Assembly: GCA_018606645.1 (NCBI GenBank)
Contig: JAGVRI010000003.1
Coordinates: forward strand, 27,322 to 91,321
Direction: 5' to 3'
Source of the DNA: Chloroflexota bacterium
GTDB taxonomy: Bacteria; Chloroflexota; Anaerolineae; JAAYZQ01
Length of the DNA stretch: 64,000 nucleotides
The translations under genes were made by a program, and so were the position numbers. Numbering within the stretch: the stretch's first letter is position 1; the number at the start of each line of letters is the position of its first letter. The notes beneath the pieces are model-generated. The model saw only the letters and a program-made list of their open reading frames with translations, did no database searches and was not told where the DNA came from. Positions 20,071-27,932 of this stretch are shown in pieces.

Positions 20071-20916
20071 TCATCCCGGCTGACCGGGGAGCTGCCACCG
20101 CAGGCGTTCCATGAGGGTCCGGTAGAAGTAGGTTCGGTCCTGGAAGCGCACAAACCGGCCCAGGTGGGGACTGGCCTGGACCGTGACCCAGTCGCCGTCC
20201 AGAAGCTCATATTCAAACTGACCGTCCACGGTAAGAATGGCCTGATGGTCGGTCCGGACCAGGACCTTGACCGTGGCTCCCTGCGAGAGGACGATCGCCC
20301 GGTCCATGCTCAGATGGGCGGCGATGGGCAACAGCAAAATGTTCTTGAGTTGGGGCGGCAGGATGGGACCGCCTACCGCCAGGGCGTAGGCGGTAGAGCC
20401 GGTTGCCGTGGAGACGATCAACCCATCGGCGGCATAGGTGGTCAGGTAACTGCCGTCAATGTAGGTCTCCAGGCGGACGATGCGAGCCAGGCTGCCGCGG
20501 CTGATGACGACATCGTTCAGCGCTTCGTATTGGCCCCGGCAGACTTCACCGCGGTGGTACTCGGCATAGAGCATCATCCGCTCTTCGATCCAGTAATCTC
20601 CGGCCAGCAGGCGAGGCAGAATGGAGGGCCACTGCCCGGGTTCCAGCTCGGTCAGAAAGCCAAGCCGTCCCATTTTGACCCCCAACACCGGCACGCCATG
20701 GTGGCTGGCCATGCGGGCGGCGCGGAGGAGCGATCCATCGCCTCCCAGCGTCACCAGCAGGTCCAGCGTGGCGATCTCCTGGGCGACGGCGGCTTCGTCC
20801 CATGTCGAGCCGATCCAGGTGGCCAGGCCGTGTTTCTCCAGGTCGCGGGCCATGGCCTCGGCCACGGCGGGGGTGGCGGGGAGCTTGGGGTGGTGCAGCA
20901 GGCCGATTCGTTTCAT
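20071..20916 (-). CDS. nadK: NAD kinase
   Basis: GGDGS motif (LVVTLGGDGSLL), NADK fold; start at MKRIGLLHH. Confidence 0.85.
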   Translation of the reverse strand: MKRIGLLHHPKLPATPAVAEAMARDLEKHGLATWIGSTWDEAAVAQEIATLDLLVTLGGDGSLLRAARMASHHGVPVLGVKMGRLGFLTELEPGQWPSILPRLLAGDYWIEERMMLYAEYHRGEVCRGQYEALNDVVISRGSLARIVRLETYIDGSYLTTYAADGLIVSTATGSTAYALAVGGPILPPQLKNILLLPIAAHLSMDRAIVLSQGATVKVLVRTDHQAILTVDGQFEYELLDGDWVTVQASPHLGRFVRFQDRTYFYRTLMERLRWQLPGQPG

Positions 20917-20983
20917 CGTCATCATCTCGCTCGTCAGTGAATCCGAGACCATTATAGCCGATTTGAGGCAAACTGTCCATTGG

Positions 20984-21012
20984 TTGACAGGCGTTCTCGG
21001 CGGTGGTAGAAT
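20984..21012 (+). promoter_or_regulatory. sigma70-like promoter TTGACA-N17-TAGAAT
   Basis: ttgaca (20984-20989), 17-nt spacer, tagaat (21007-21012); faces the peptidase/xseAB genes, leaving a ~320-nt leader. Confidence 0.5.
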
Positions 21013-21244
21013 ACGCTGCAGTGCAATGGAACCGATTGATGCGGACATGCTCAGGACAAGCCCGAAGATCGGTCTGTCCTCCGGCGCGCTCGCCTGTCGC
21101 TCGAAGCGGCGGGCTCAGCCAGCGAAGCCCCTTTCGGGGCTGGGAAACCGGCTTTCACGGGACTTGACATGCGTGGTGGGGGCGGCGCGAGGGATGGAAA
21201 TATCGAGGAGTTGGCACGGCCAGACCTCTCCTCATCCCCCCGGC

Positions 21245-21280
21245 CCCCTTCCCCTCTCCGCCGGCGGAGAGGGGAAGGGG
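21245..21280. repeat. perfect 36-bp palindrome, followed by G-run motif
   Basis: ccccttcccctctccgcc|ggcggagaggggaagggg is a perfect inverted repeat centred on ccgg; followed by gggggtgcagggggcaggggtgagg (21271-21294). Confidence 0.7.
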
Positions 21281-21338
21281 GTGCAGGGGGCAGGGGTGAG
21301 GTGAGGACCCTTATTTTCGAAGGATGAGGGGATCGTCC

Positions 21339-22289
21339 ATGAGAGCCTGGCACAACGCGATCACCGATGTACCCGGAATCCGGGTGGGCCATGCGACCCA
21401 CCGCGAGGCGATGACCGGTTGTACGGTGGTGCTCTGCCCGCCGGAAGGAGCAGTCGGCGGGGTTGACCAGCGCGGCGGGGCGCCCGGTACCCGCGAGACC
21501 GATCTGCTCCGTCCGATGCACCTGGTCGAGCGGGTCCACGCCGTATTGTTGGCGGGGGGGAGCGCCTTCGGCCTGGACGCTGCCGGAGGGGTGGTGCGCT
21601 GGCTGGAGGAGCGGGGCATCGGCTTTGAGACCCGAGTCGCCCGGGTACCGATCGTACCGGCCGCTATCCTGTTCGACCTGGAGGTGGGCCGCGCCGACAT
21701 CCGGCCAGACGCGGCCATGGGCTATGCCGCCTGCGAGGCGGCGCGCGACGGAGCGGTGAAGGAGGGCAGCGTCGGCGCCGGCACGGGCTGCGCGGTGGGA
21801 TGGATCCTGGGGGCAAGCCGCACCTCGAAATCGGGCCTGGGCACGGCCAGCGTGGACCTGGGAGGAGGGCTTGTCGTGGGCGCTGTGGTGGCGGTGAATG
21901 CCTTTGGCGACGTGGTGGACCCGCACACGGGCGAGATCCTGGCCGGGGCGCGGGCGCTGACTGGCGACGGCTTTGCCGACACGTTGAAGGTCATGAGGGG
22001 GATGGTGGGCAAGGCTGCCTTGCACCTGGCCCACCGCGGGCAGACGGTCATCGGCGTGGTGGCCAGCAACGCCCGCCTGACCAAGGAAGAGACCAACAAA
22101 GTGGCCCAGATGGCCCACGATGGACTGGCCCGCGCGGTCCGCCCGGCGCATACCCTGTTCGACGGCGATACCCTCTTTGCCCTGGCCACCGGCCAGAAAC
22201 GGGCCGATGTCAACCTGGTGGGCGCCTATGCCGCCGAGGTAGTCGCGGATGCCATTGTCCGGGCAGTAAAGGCGGCGCGGGAAGAATGA
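21339..22289 (+). CDS. P1 family peptidase (DmpA/L-aminopeptidase D-Ala-esterase/amidase family, S58)
   Basis: DmpA/ArgJ-like fold motifs (GTTNIGVVATNA-like VIGVVASNARLT). Confidence 0.75.
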   Translation: MRAWHNAITDVPGIRVGHATHREAMTGCTVVLCPPEGAVGGVDQRGGAPGTRETDLLRPMHLVERVHAVLLAGGSAFGLDAAGGVVRWLEERGIGFETRVARVPIVPAAILFDLEVGRADIRPDAAMGYAACEAARDGAVKEGSVGAGTGCAVGWILGASRTSKSGLGTASVDLGGGLVVGAVVAVNAFGDVVDPHTGEILAGARALTGDGFADTLKVMRGMVGKAALHLAHRGQTVIGVVASNARLTKEETNKVAQMAHDGLARAVRPAHTLFDGDTLFALATGQKRADVNLVGAYAAEVVADAIVRAVKAAREE

Positions 22290-23548
22290 GCAAGAGCGCA
22301 GGGTCCCGGGCGAACCTCTCCCGGTCGCTGCCAACCTCCTCTCCGCCTCAAGCCTGGACGGTGAGTGGACTGACCCGATATCTCCAGGGGCGGCTGGATT
22401 CTGATCCTTCGTTGCAGGACCTGTGGTTGAGCGGGGAGGCGTCGAACGTCAGCCGCTCGGCGGCGGGACACCTCTATTTCACCCTGAAGGACGCGGAAGC
22501 GGCACTCCATTGTGTCATGTGGCAGGAGGCGGCGGCGCGGCTGACCTGGCGGCTGGAGCAGGGAGCCGCGGTGCTGGTCCATGGCCGCCTGTCGATCTAT
22601 CCGGCGCAGGGACGCTACCAGCTCTATGTGGATCAGGTACGCCCGGCCGGCCAGGGCGACCTGTATGCCCGCTTTATCGAGTTGCGCGATCGGCTTCGCG
22701 CTGAAGGGCTGTTCGAGGCCGAGCGCAAGCGGCCCGTGCCGTCCTTTCCGCGCACGCTGGGAGTGGTGACCTCGCCTCAGGCGGCTGCTCTACGCGATGT
22801 GCTCCAAATCCTGCGCCGCCGGTATCCCCTGGTGCGGGTCATCCTGGCCCCTACCCTGGTCCAGGGCGAGCAGGCGCCAGCCCAGATTGTGGCCGCGTTG
22901 CAGGCGGTGGATTCGCTGGACGATGTCGATGTGATCTTGCTGGTGCGCGGAGGAGGCTCACTCGAGGAACTGTGGGCCTTTAATGATGAGCGGGTGGCGA
23001 GAGCCATCGCTGCCTGCCGGCATCCGGTGGTCTGCGGGGTGGGCCACGAGACCGATTTTACGATTGCCGACATGGTGGCCGACCTCCGGGCGCCGACCCC
23101 CTCGGCGGCGGCGGAACAGGCGGTCCCGGATCAGGCTGCCCTGCGGACCCAGATTGCGACCCGGCGCCGTCAGTTAGATCAACTCCTGGCCCATCGCTTG
23201 AAGCAGGCCCGCCAATCGCTCTCCCAACAGCAAGGGGCGCTGCGCCGTCTCTCCCCCCTCAACCGGATCCAGATCTATCGCCAGCAGGTGGACGATTTCA
23301 GCCGACGGGCGAGCCGCGCCCTCGGCCACCGGATGAGCCTGGCTCGCTCGACGCTGGTCGGGTACCAGGAACGCCTGGCGGCGCTGAATCCGTTGGCCAT
23401 TCTGGAGCGGGGGTATGCCATTGTCCGCCGCACCGATACCCGACAGATCGTGTCCCATGTGGACCAGGTCGGCGAGGGGGACCGGATCGGCATCCGGGTG
23501 GCAGACGGGGAGTTTGGGGCGGTGGTCCGGATGGACAGCGAGAGATAA
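22286..23548 (+). CDS. xseA: exodeoxyribonuclease VII large subunit
   Basis: N-terminal OB fold (LYFTLKDAEAAL) and ExoVII-L catalytic domain; ATGA overlap with upstream stop. Confidence 0.85.
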   Translation: MSKSAGSRANLSRSLPTSSPPQAWTVSGLTRYLQGRLDSDPSLQDLWLSGEASNVSRSAAGHLYFTLKDAEAALHCVMWQEAAARLTWRLEQGAAVLVHGRLSIYPAQGRYQLYVDQVRPAGQGDLYARFIELRDRLRAEGLFEAERKRPVPSFPRTLGVVTSPQAAALRDVLQILRRRYPLVRVILAPTLVQGEQAPAQIVAALQAVDSLDDVDVILLVRGGGSLEELWAFNDERVARAIAACRHPVVCGVGHETDFTIADMVADLRAPTPSAAAEQAVPDQAALRTQIATRRRQLDQLLAHRLKQARQSLSQQQGALRRLSPLNRIQIYRQQVDDFSRRASRALGHRMSLARSTLVGYQERLAALNPLAILERGYAIVRRTDTRQIVSHVDQVGEGDRIGIRVADGEFGAVVRMDSER

Positions 23549-23606
23549 TGGCCGCTCTTGACCGGGGCGGGAACCCGGATGGTCCATCGCCAGAAAGGGG
23601 AAAGAA

Positions 23607-23861
23607 ATGAACGAGCCAGACACGATGACCTTTGAAGAGGCGCTCCGCGAGCTGGAAGCCACCGTCCAGCGCCTGGAGGAGGGGGGCCTGACCCTGGAAG
23701 AAGCCATATCGTTGTATGAGCGGGGAGTGAGTCTGGCCCAACGCTGTCAGGAGATACTGAACAACGCCGAACTCCAGGTGCAGCAACTGACGTTGGGCAG
23801 CAATCAGCAACAGATGGGGATGTTCCTGGCCGAAGCGCCGGAGGGATTCGATCTGGCGTGA
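23607..23861 (+). CDS. xseB: exodeoxyribonuclease VII small subunit
   Basis: 84 aa, FEEALxELExIVxxLExG signature. Confidence 0.85.
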   Translation: MNEPDTMTFEEALRELEATVQRLEEGGLTLEEAISLYERGVSLAQRCQEILNNAELQVQQLTLGSNQQQMGMFLAEAPEGFDLA

Positions 23862-23865
23862 GCGG

Positions 23866-25215
23866 TCAGGTCATCTGCCGCAGGCGAGGATAGCGCCAGG
23901 CGACGATGAGGCCATAGACCAGACAGACCGCCGCGCCGATGCCGACTGCCAGCGGCGCGCCGAGAGCATCCCCCATCAATCCGGCCTGCATGCCTCCCAG
24001 ACGCATCATGCCCTGAAAGGACATGGAGTAGAAACTCATCACCCGGCCGCGTAACCGGTCGGGGACGAGGATTTGGATGAGGGTGTTGGCCAGGGCGTTT
24101 TGCGTGACAAAGCTAAACCCGATCCCCACCAGCAGACCCAAGGAGAGGAAAAAGGAACGCGAGAGCGACAGGCCGATGACCAGGGCGGGAAACCCCAGGT
24201 TCCCGAAGGTCAGGAGTCGGCCGCGCCGCGCGGTAGCAGGGAGCGAAGCGACGACCAGCGCCCCGGTCACGGCTCCCAGCCCGGTGGCGGCCATCAACAG
24301 ACCATAGGTCAGGGCCTCGGGCGACTGGCAGGAAGTGCCCAGGGCGCTGGCCTGACGGCAGGCGTAATCGAGCAGAGGCTGAGCGCTCTCGTTCAACACC
24401 TCTTTGGCAAACACCGGCATCAGGGTGGAGTAGGGCATGGAGAGGAACGCCGAGACGGCCACCAGGCTGATGAGGACCATAATGATCTGCTGGCTCCACA
24501 CATAGCCCACTGCTTCCCGCAGATGAGAGGCGATCGCTGCCCGGCTGGAGGGGAGAGGCTGCTGCGCCAGGCGCATCATCAGCAGGCTGCTAATCACGGC
24601 CAGGAATGACAACCCGTTGATGAAAAAGGCGCCGGCTTCGCCGGTGGTGGCTACGGCGGCACCGGCCAGGGCCGGACCGACAGCCCGCGCGCCGTTGAAC
24701 AGGGCGGAATTGAGACCAATGGCGTTGGTCAGGTCCTCTTTGCCCTCGACCATCTCGATCAGGAACGCCTGGCGGGCGGGAATGTCCAGCGCGTTGGCCG
24801 AGGCGTGCAACAGGGCCAGCAACAGGACGTGCCAGACCTGCACGACCCCGGTCCAGGTCAGGACGGCCAGGAGAAATGCCTGGAGCATCATGACCGATTG
24901 GGTGATGACGACGATGGTTCGTCGGGGGAAGCGATCGGCCAGGGAACCGCCCCACAGCGAAAGGGGGATGAGCGGCAGCGCCGAGATCAGATTGATCACC
25001 CCCAGCATGGTTGCCGAGCCGGTCAGACGGTAGACCAGCCATTGGAGGGCAATATGCTGCATCCAGGTCCCGACCAGGGAGATCATCTGGCCAAAGAAGA
25101 ACAGGCGGAAATTGCGATGGCGCAGGGCGCGGAAGGTAGAAGGGATTCGCCGGGCAGGGACAGATGCCTCGCCGGCCGACAGGTTGCTGGACGAGGGATG
25201 GATCGATCGAGACAC
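23866..25215 (-). CDS. MFS transporter (enterobactin-exporter EntS-like)
   Basis: 449 aa, 12 TM-like segments, MFS motifs. Confidence 0.8.
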   Translation of the reverse strand: MSRSIHPSSSNLSAGEASVPARRIPSTFRALRHRNFRLFFFGQMISLVGTWMQHIALQWLVYRLTGSATMLGVINLISALPLIPLSLWGGSLADRFPRRTIVVITQSVMMLQAFLLAVLTWTGVVQVWHVLLLALLHASANALDIPARQAFLIEMVEGKEDLTNAIGLNSALFNGARAVGPALAGAAVATTGEAGAFFINGLSFLAVISSLLMMRLAQQPLPSSRAAIASHLREAVGYVWSQQIIMVLISLVAVSAFLSMPYSTLMPVFAKEVLNESAQPLLDYACRQASALGTSCQSPEALTYGLLMAATGLGAVTGALVVASLPATARRGRLLTFGNLGFPALVIGLSLSRSFFLSLGLLVGIGFSFVTQNALANTLIQILVPDRLRGRVMSFYSMSFQGMMRLGGMQAGLMGDALGAPLAVGIGAAVCLVYGLIVAWRYPRLRQMT

Positions 25216-25330
25216 GAGATCCTCATTCTTGAATGATCGGTCCCCGCTGCGGGGGCGTGCGCTCGATTATACCTGCTTTGGTCGGACCTGTCCAGTTTTC
25301 TACCGTTAACGGAGAGGCACCCGACAGCGC

Positions 25331-25556
25331 GGGTTCTAGGCGATTCCACTCCGGCTAAAGCCTCGACTCCCATCGGGTGGCGGACTTGGCCCAGGAGTGG
25401 AAGCTTTAGCCGGGTTCTGTACGGTTCCGTTCCGGCTAAAGCCTCGACTCCCACCGGGTGCTGGACCCTGCCGCCGAGGAGTGGAGGCTTTAGCCGGGTT
25501 CTGTACGATTCCGGTCCGGCTAAAGCCTCCACCCCCACCGGGCGCCGGACCTGCCC
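25331..25556. repeat. tandem array (~2.7 units of 82-84 bp) of long-loop family A palindromic element
   Basis: Unit gggttctgtacgattccggtccggctaaagcctcgactccca-(24 nt)-ggagtggaggctttagcc repeated at 25331, 25412, 25496; each unit contains a ~20-bp inverted repeat. Confidence 0.8.
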
Positions 25557-25617
25557 TACAGCCCCAACCTGATGGCTTGCGCGCTGACCGAATTCGAGTT
25601 ACAATGAGGGCCATCGC

Positions 25618-26376
25618 GTGGCTGGAGAGTTCATCTTGGATACTCATGCGATCATTATCCCCACCTATAATGAGCGGGAAAATATCGGCCTGTTGATCCG
25701 GGAGCTTCTGGCGCTGGAGCTGGGCTCGCGGGTCATTATTGTGGACGACAACTCCCCAGACGGTACCGGCCAACTGGCGGACGAGTTGGCGAAGGATCAT
25801 CCGGGCATCCGGGTCATCCACCGTCCGGGCAAACTCGGTCTGGGGACGGCTCACATCGCCGGGATGAAAGCAGCGCTGGCCGATGGGGCGGCCCACATTG
25901 TGACCATGGATGCCGATCTATCGCATTCTCCGCGCTATCTGCCTGATCTGCTGGCGGCTCTGGACCGCTTCGATGTGGTGATCGGCTCCCGCTACGTGCC
26001 GGGAGGCGGGACGCTGTATTGCACGGTACCTCGCCGCGTCCTCAGCCGCGGGGCCAATCTCTTTGCCCGCGCCGTGCTGAGCCTGCCCGCCGGCGATGCC
26101 ACGGCCGGTTTCCGGGGCTACCGCCGGGCGGTGCTGGAGAGCATCGCTCTGGATGAGATCCGGTCCGATGGGTACTCGTTTCTGATCGAGATGCTGTACC
26201 ATTGTCAACAGCAGGGATGGCGCATTGGCGAGGTCCCCATTGTCTTTGAGAACCGACAGCGGGGCGCGTCCAAAATCTCCAAAGCCGAGATCCTGAAAGC
26301 CCTGCAGACGGTCGGACGGCTGGGTTGGGACCGCCTGGGGAACCACCAGCCCCCCCGCCATCGCACCGAGCCATGA
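25618..26376 (+). CDS. polyprenol-phosphate mannosyltransferase (Dpm1/Ppm1-like GT2)
   Basis: IIPTYNEREN...VDDNSPDGT...DAD..H... GT2 DPM1-like motifs; GTG start. Confidence 0.85.
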   Translation: MAGEFILDTHAIIIPTYNERENIGLLIRELLALELGSRVIIVDDNSPDGTGQLADELAKDHPGIRVIHRPGKLGLGTAHIAGMKAALADGAAHIVTMDADLSHSPRYLPDLLAALDRFDVVIGSRYVPGGGTLYCTVPRRVLSRGANLFARAVLSLPAGDATAGFRGYRRAVLESIALDEIRSDGYSFLIEMLYHCQQQGWRIGEVPIVFENRQRGASKISKAEILKALQTVGRLGWDRLGNHQPPRHRTEP

Positions 26377-27932
26377 TGAGCCACGCGGTCGGACGGGCCA
26401 GGGCCGGTCTTTCGATGCAGCGGTTGGTCGAACTGGTCTTGTGGGCCGCGATCTTGGCCTTGGCCGTCCGTCCGCCGGCGGATACCGATACCTGGTGGCA
26501 CCTGAAGAGCGGCCAACTGATGTGGGATACGGGCCGCATCCTGCGCACCGATCCCTTTTCCCACACCGTTGGCGGCCGGCCGTGGATTGACCACGGCTGG
26601 CTGGTGCAGGTCCTTCTCTGGCCCGTGTACCGGGTATTGGGCCTGGGCGGGCTGGCTCTGCTGTTGGCGGGGCTGGTGACGGCTTCCTTCTGGCTGGTCC
26701 ATCGTCAGTGCGCGGGCCGACCTTTTGTGGCTGCCTTTGCCGTCCTGTTGGCAGCGGTCGTCTCGTCGGTCATCTGGAGCGTCCGGCCGCAGATGGTGTC
26801 CTTTCTGCTGGCAGCCGGCGTCGCGTTCCTCCTCGATCGCTACAAGCGCAGCGGCAACCCTCGCTGGCTGTGGGCGCTTCCGGCTCTGGTGCTGGTGTGG
26901 GTCAATTGCCATGGCGGCTTTGTCGTGGCGTTTATCCTGATGGGTTGCTATCTGGTGGGTGAGACGCTCAACCGGCTGACTGCACCTGTGGTCCCGATAG
27001 GCGCCAAACCCGGGTGTCAGACCGAGCGTGCGCCAGCGGCGAGGCTCGGGCCGCTCCTTCTGGTCGCCCTGGCCTGTCTGCCGGTCGTGCTCCTCAACCC
27101 CCACACGGTCAAGATGGTGCCCTATGCCTTTCAAACGGTGCGCATCGGCCCGCTCCAGGAGTTTATCCAGGAATGGGCTGCCCCGGACTTTCACCGTTTG
27201 CAGTTTCACCCCTTCCTGTGGCTGCTGTTATGGACCATGGCAGCGATGGCCCTCTCGCGCCAGCGCGCTGATTGGACCGAGTTGAGTCTGGTGGTGGTGT
27301 TTGGCTACATGGGGTTTCTGGCGGTGCGGAACACGGCCCTTTTCGCCCTGGTGGCCCCGCCGGTCCTCACCCGCCACGCCGTGGCCGCTCTGGACGACCT
27401 GGCGACGACCACGCCGCGGCTGTCGTGGCTGACGGTGCTGGGCCGCCCTCGGTCAGAGCGTCCCTCGCGGCGGCAAGTTGTGGCGAACGGGGTCCTGCTG
27501 GGGCTGGTGATCGCGGCGGCGGGGATCAAGGTCGGTCTGGAGCTGGTCCGTCTGCGCGACCCGGCGGTGTGGGGCCGGGGGCTGCCGTTGGGCGCGGTGG
27601 AGTACCTGCGCAGCCACGATCTGCCGGGAGCGATGTTCAATAGTTACAATTGGGGCGGTTATTTGATCTGGAGCCTGTATCCCGATATGCCGGTCTTTAT
27701 TGATGGGCGGACCGACCTGTACGCGCTGAATGGTTCGGTGTTGGACGATTATACGCGGGTGCACTGGCTGCGGCCGGGCTGGCAGCAGGTGCTGGACCGG
27801 TACCGGGTCGGCTTTGTGCTGACCGAGCGCACCGGTTTGCTGGACATGGCGCTGGCCGAGGCCGAGGGCTGGGAAGCGGTGTACCGGGACGACCTGGCGG
27901 TGATTTATGGTCGGACCCATGAAGCAAGATAA
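26373..27932 (+). CDS. GT-C fold polytopic membrane glycosyltransferase-like protein (PMT_2/ArnT-like)
   Basis: Multi-TM N-terminal domain with extracytoplasmic loop DTDTWWHLKSG and soluble C-terminal domain; ATGA overlap with the GT2 gene. Confidence 0.6.
   Translation: MMSHAVGRARAGLSMQRLVELVLWAAILALAVRPPADTDTWWHLKSGQLMWDTGRILRTDPFSHTVGGRPWIDHGWLVQVLLWPVYRVLGLGGLALLLAGLVTASFWLVHRQCAGRPFVAAFAVLLAAVVSSVIWSVRPQMVSFLLAAGVAFLLDRYKRSGNPRWLWALPALVLVWVNCHGGFVVAFILMGCYLVGETLNRLTAPVVPIGAKPGCQTERAPAARLGPLLLVALACLPVVLLNPHTVKMVPYAFQTVRIGPLQEFIQEWAAPDFHRLQFHPFLWLLLWTMAAMALSRQRADWTELSLVVVFGYMGFLAVRNTALFALVAPPVLTRHAVAALDDLATTTPRLSWLTVLGRPRSERPSRRQVVANGVLLGLVIAAAGIKVGLELVRLRDPAVWGRGLPLGAVEYLRSHDLPGAMFNSYNWGGYLIWSLYPDMPVFIDGRTDLYALNGSVLDDYTRVHWLRPGWQQVLDRYRVGFVLTERTGLLDMALAEAEGWEAVYRDDLAVIYGRTHEAR

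Noticed and set aside
25083-25538. ORF encoding repeated GVEALAG peptides. Similar peptides appear in ORFs at 3735-4355, 12733-12993, 35101-35607 and 52838-53161.
   Set aside because: These are translations of the family A palindromic repeat in intergenic DNA. The periodicity comes from the nucleotide repeat, not a repeat protein.
25331-25556. Possible CRISPR array
   Set aside because: Units are contiguous 82-84-bp repeats with no unique spacers, no cas genes and no leader.
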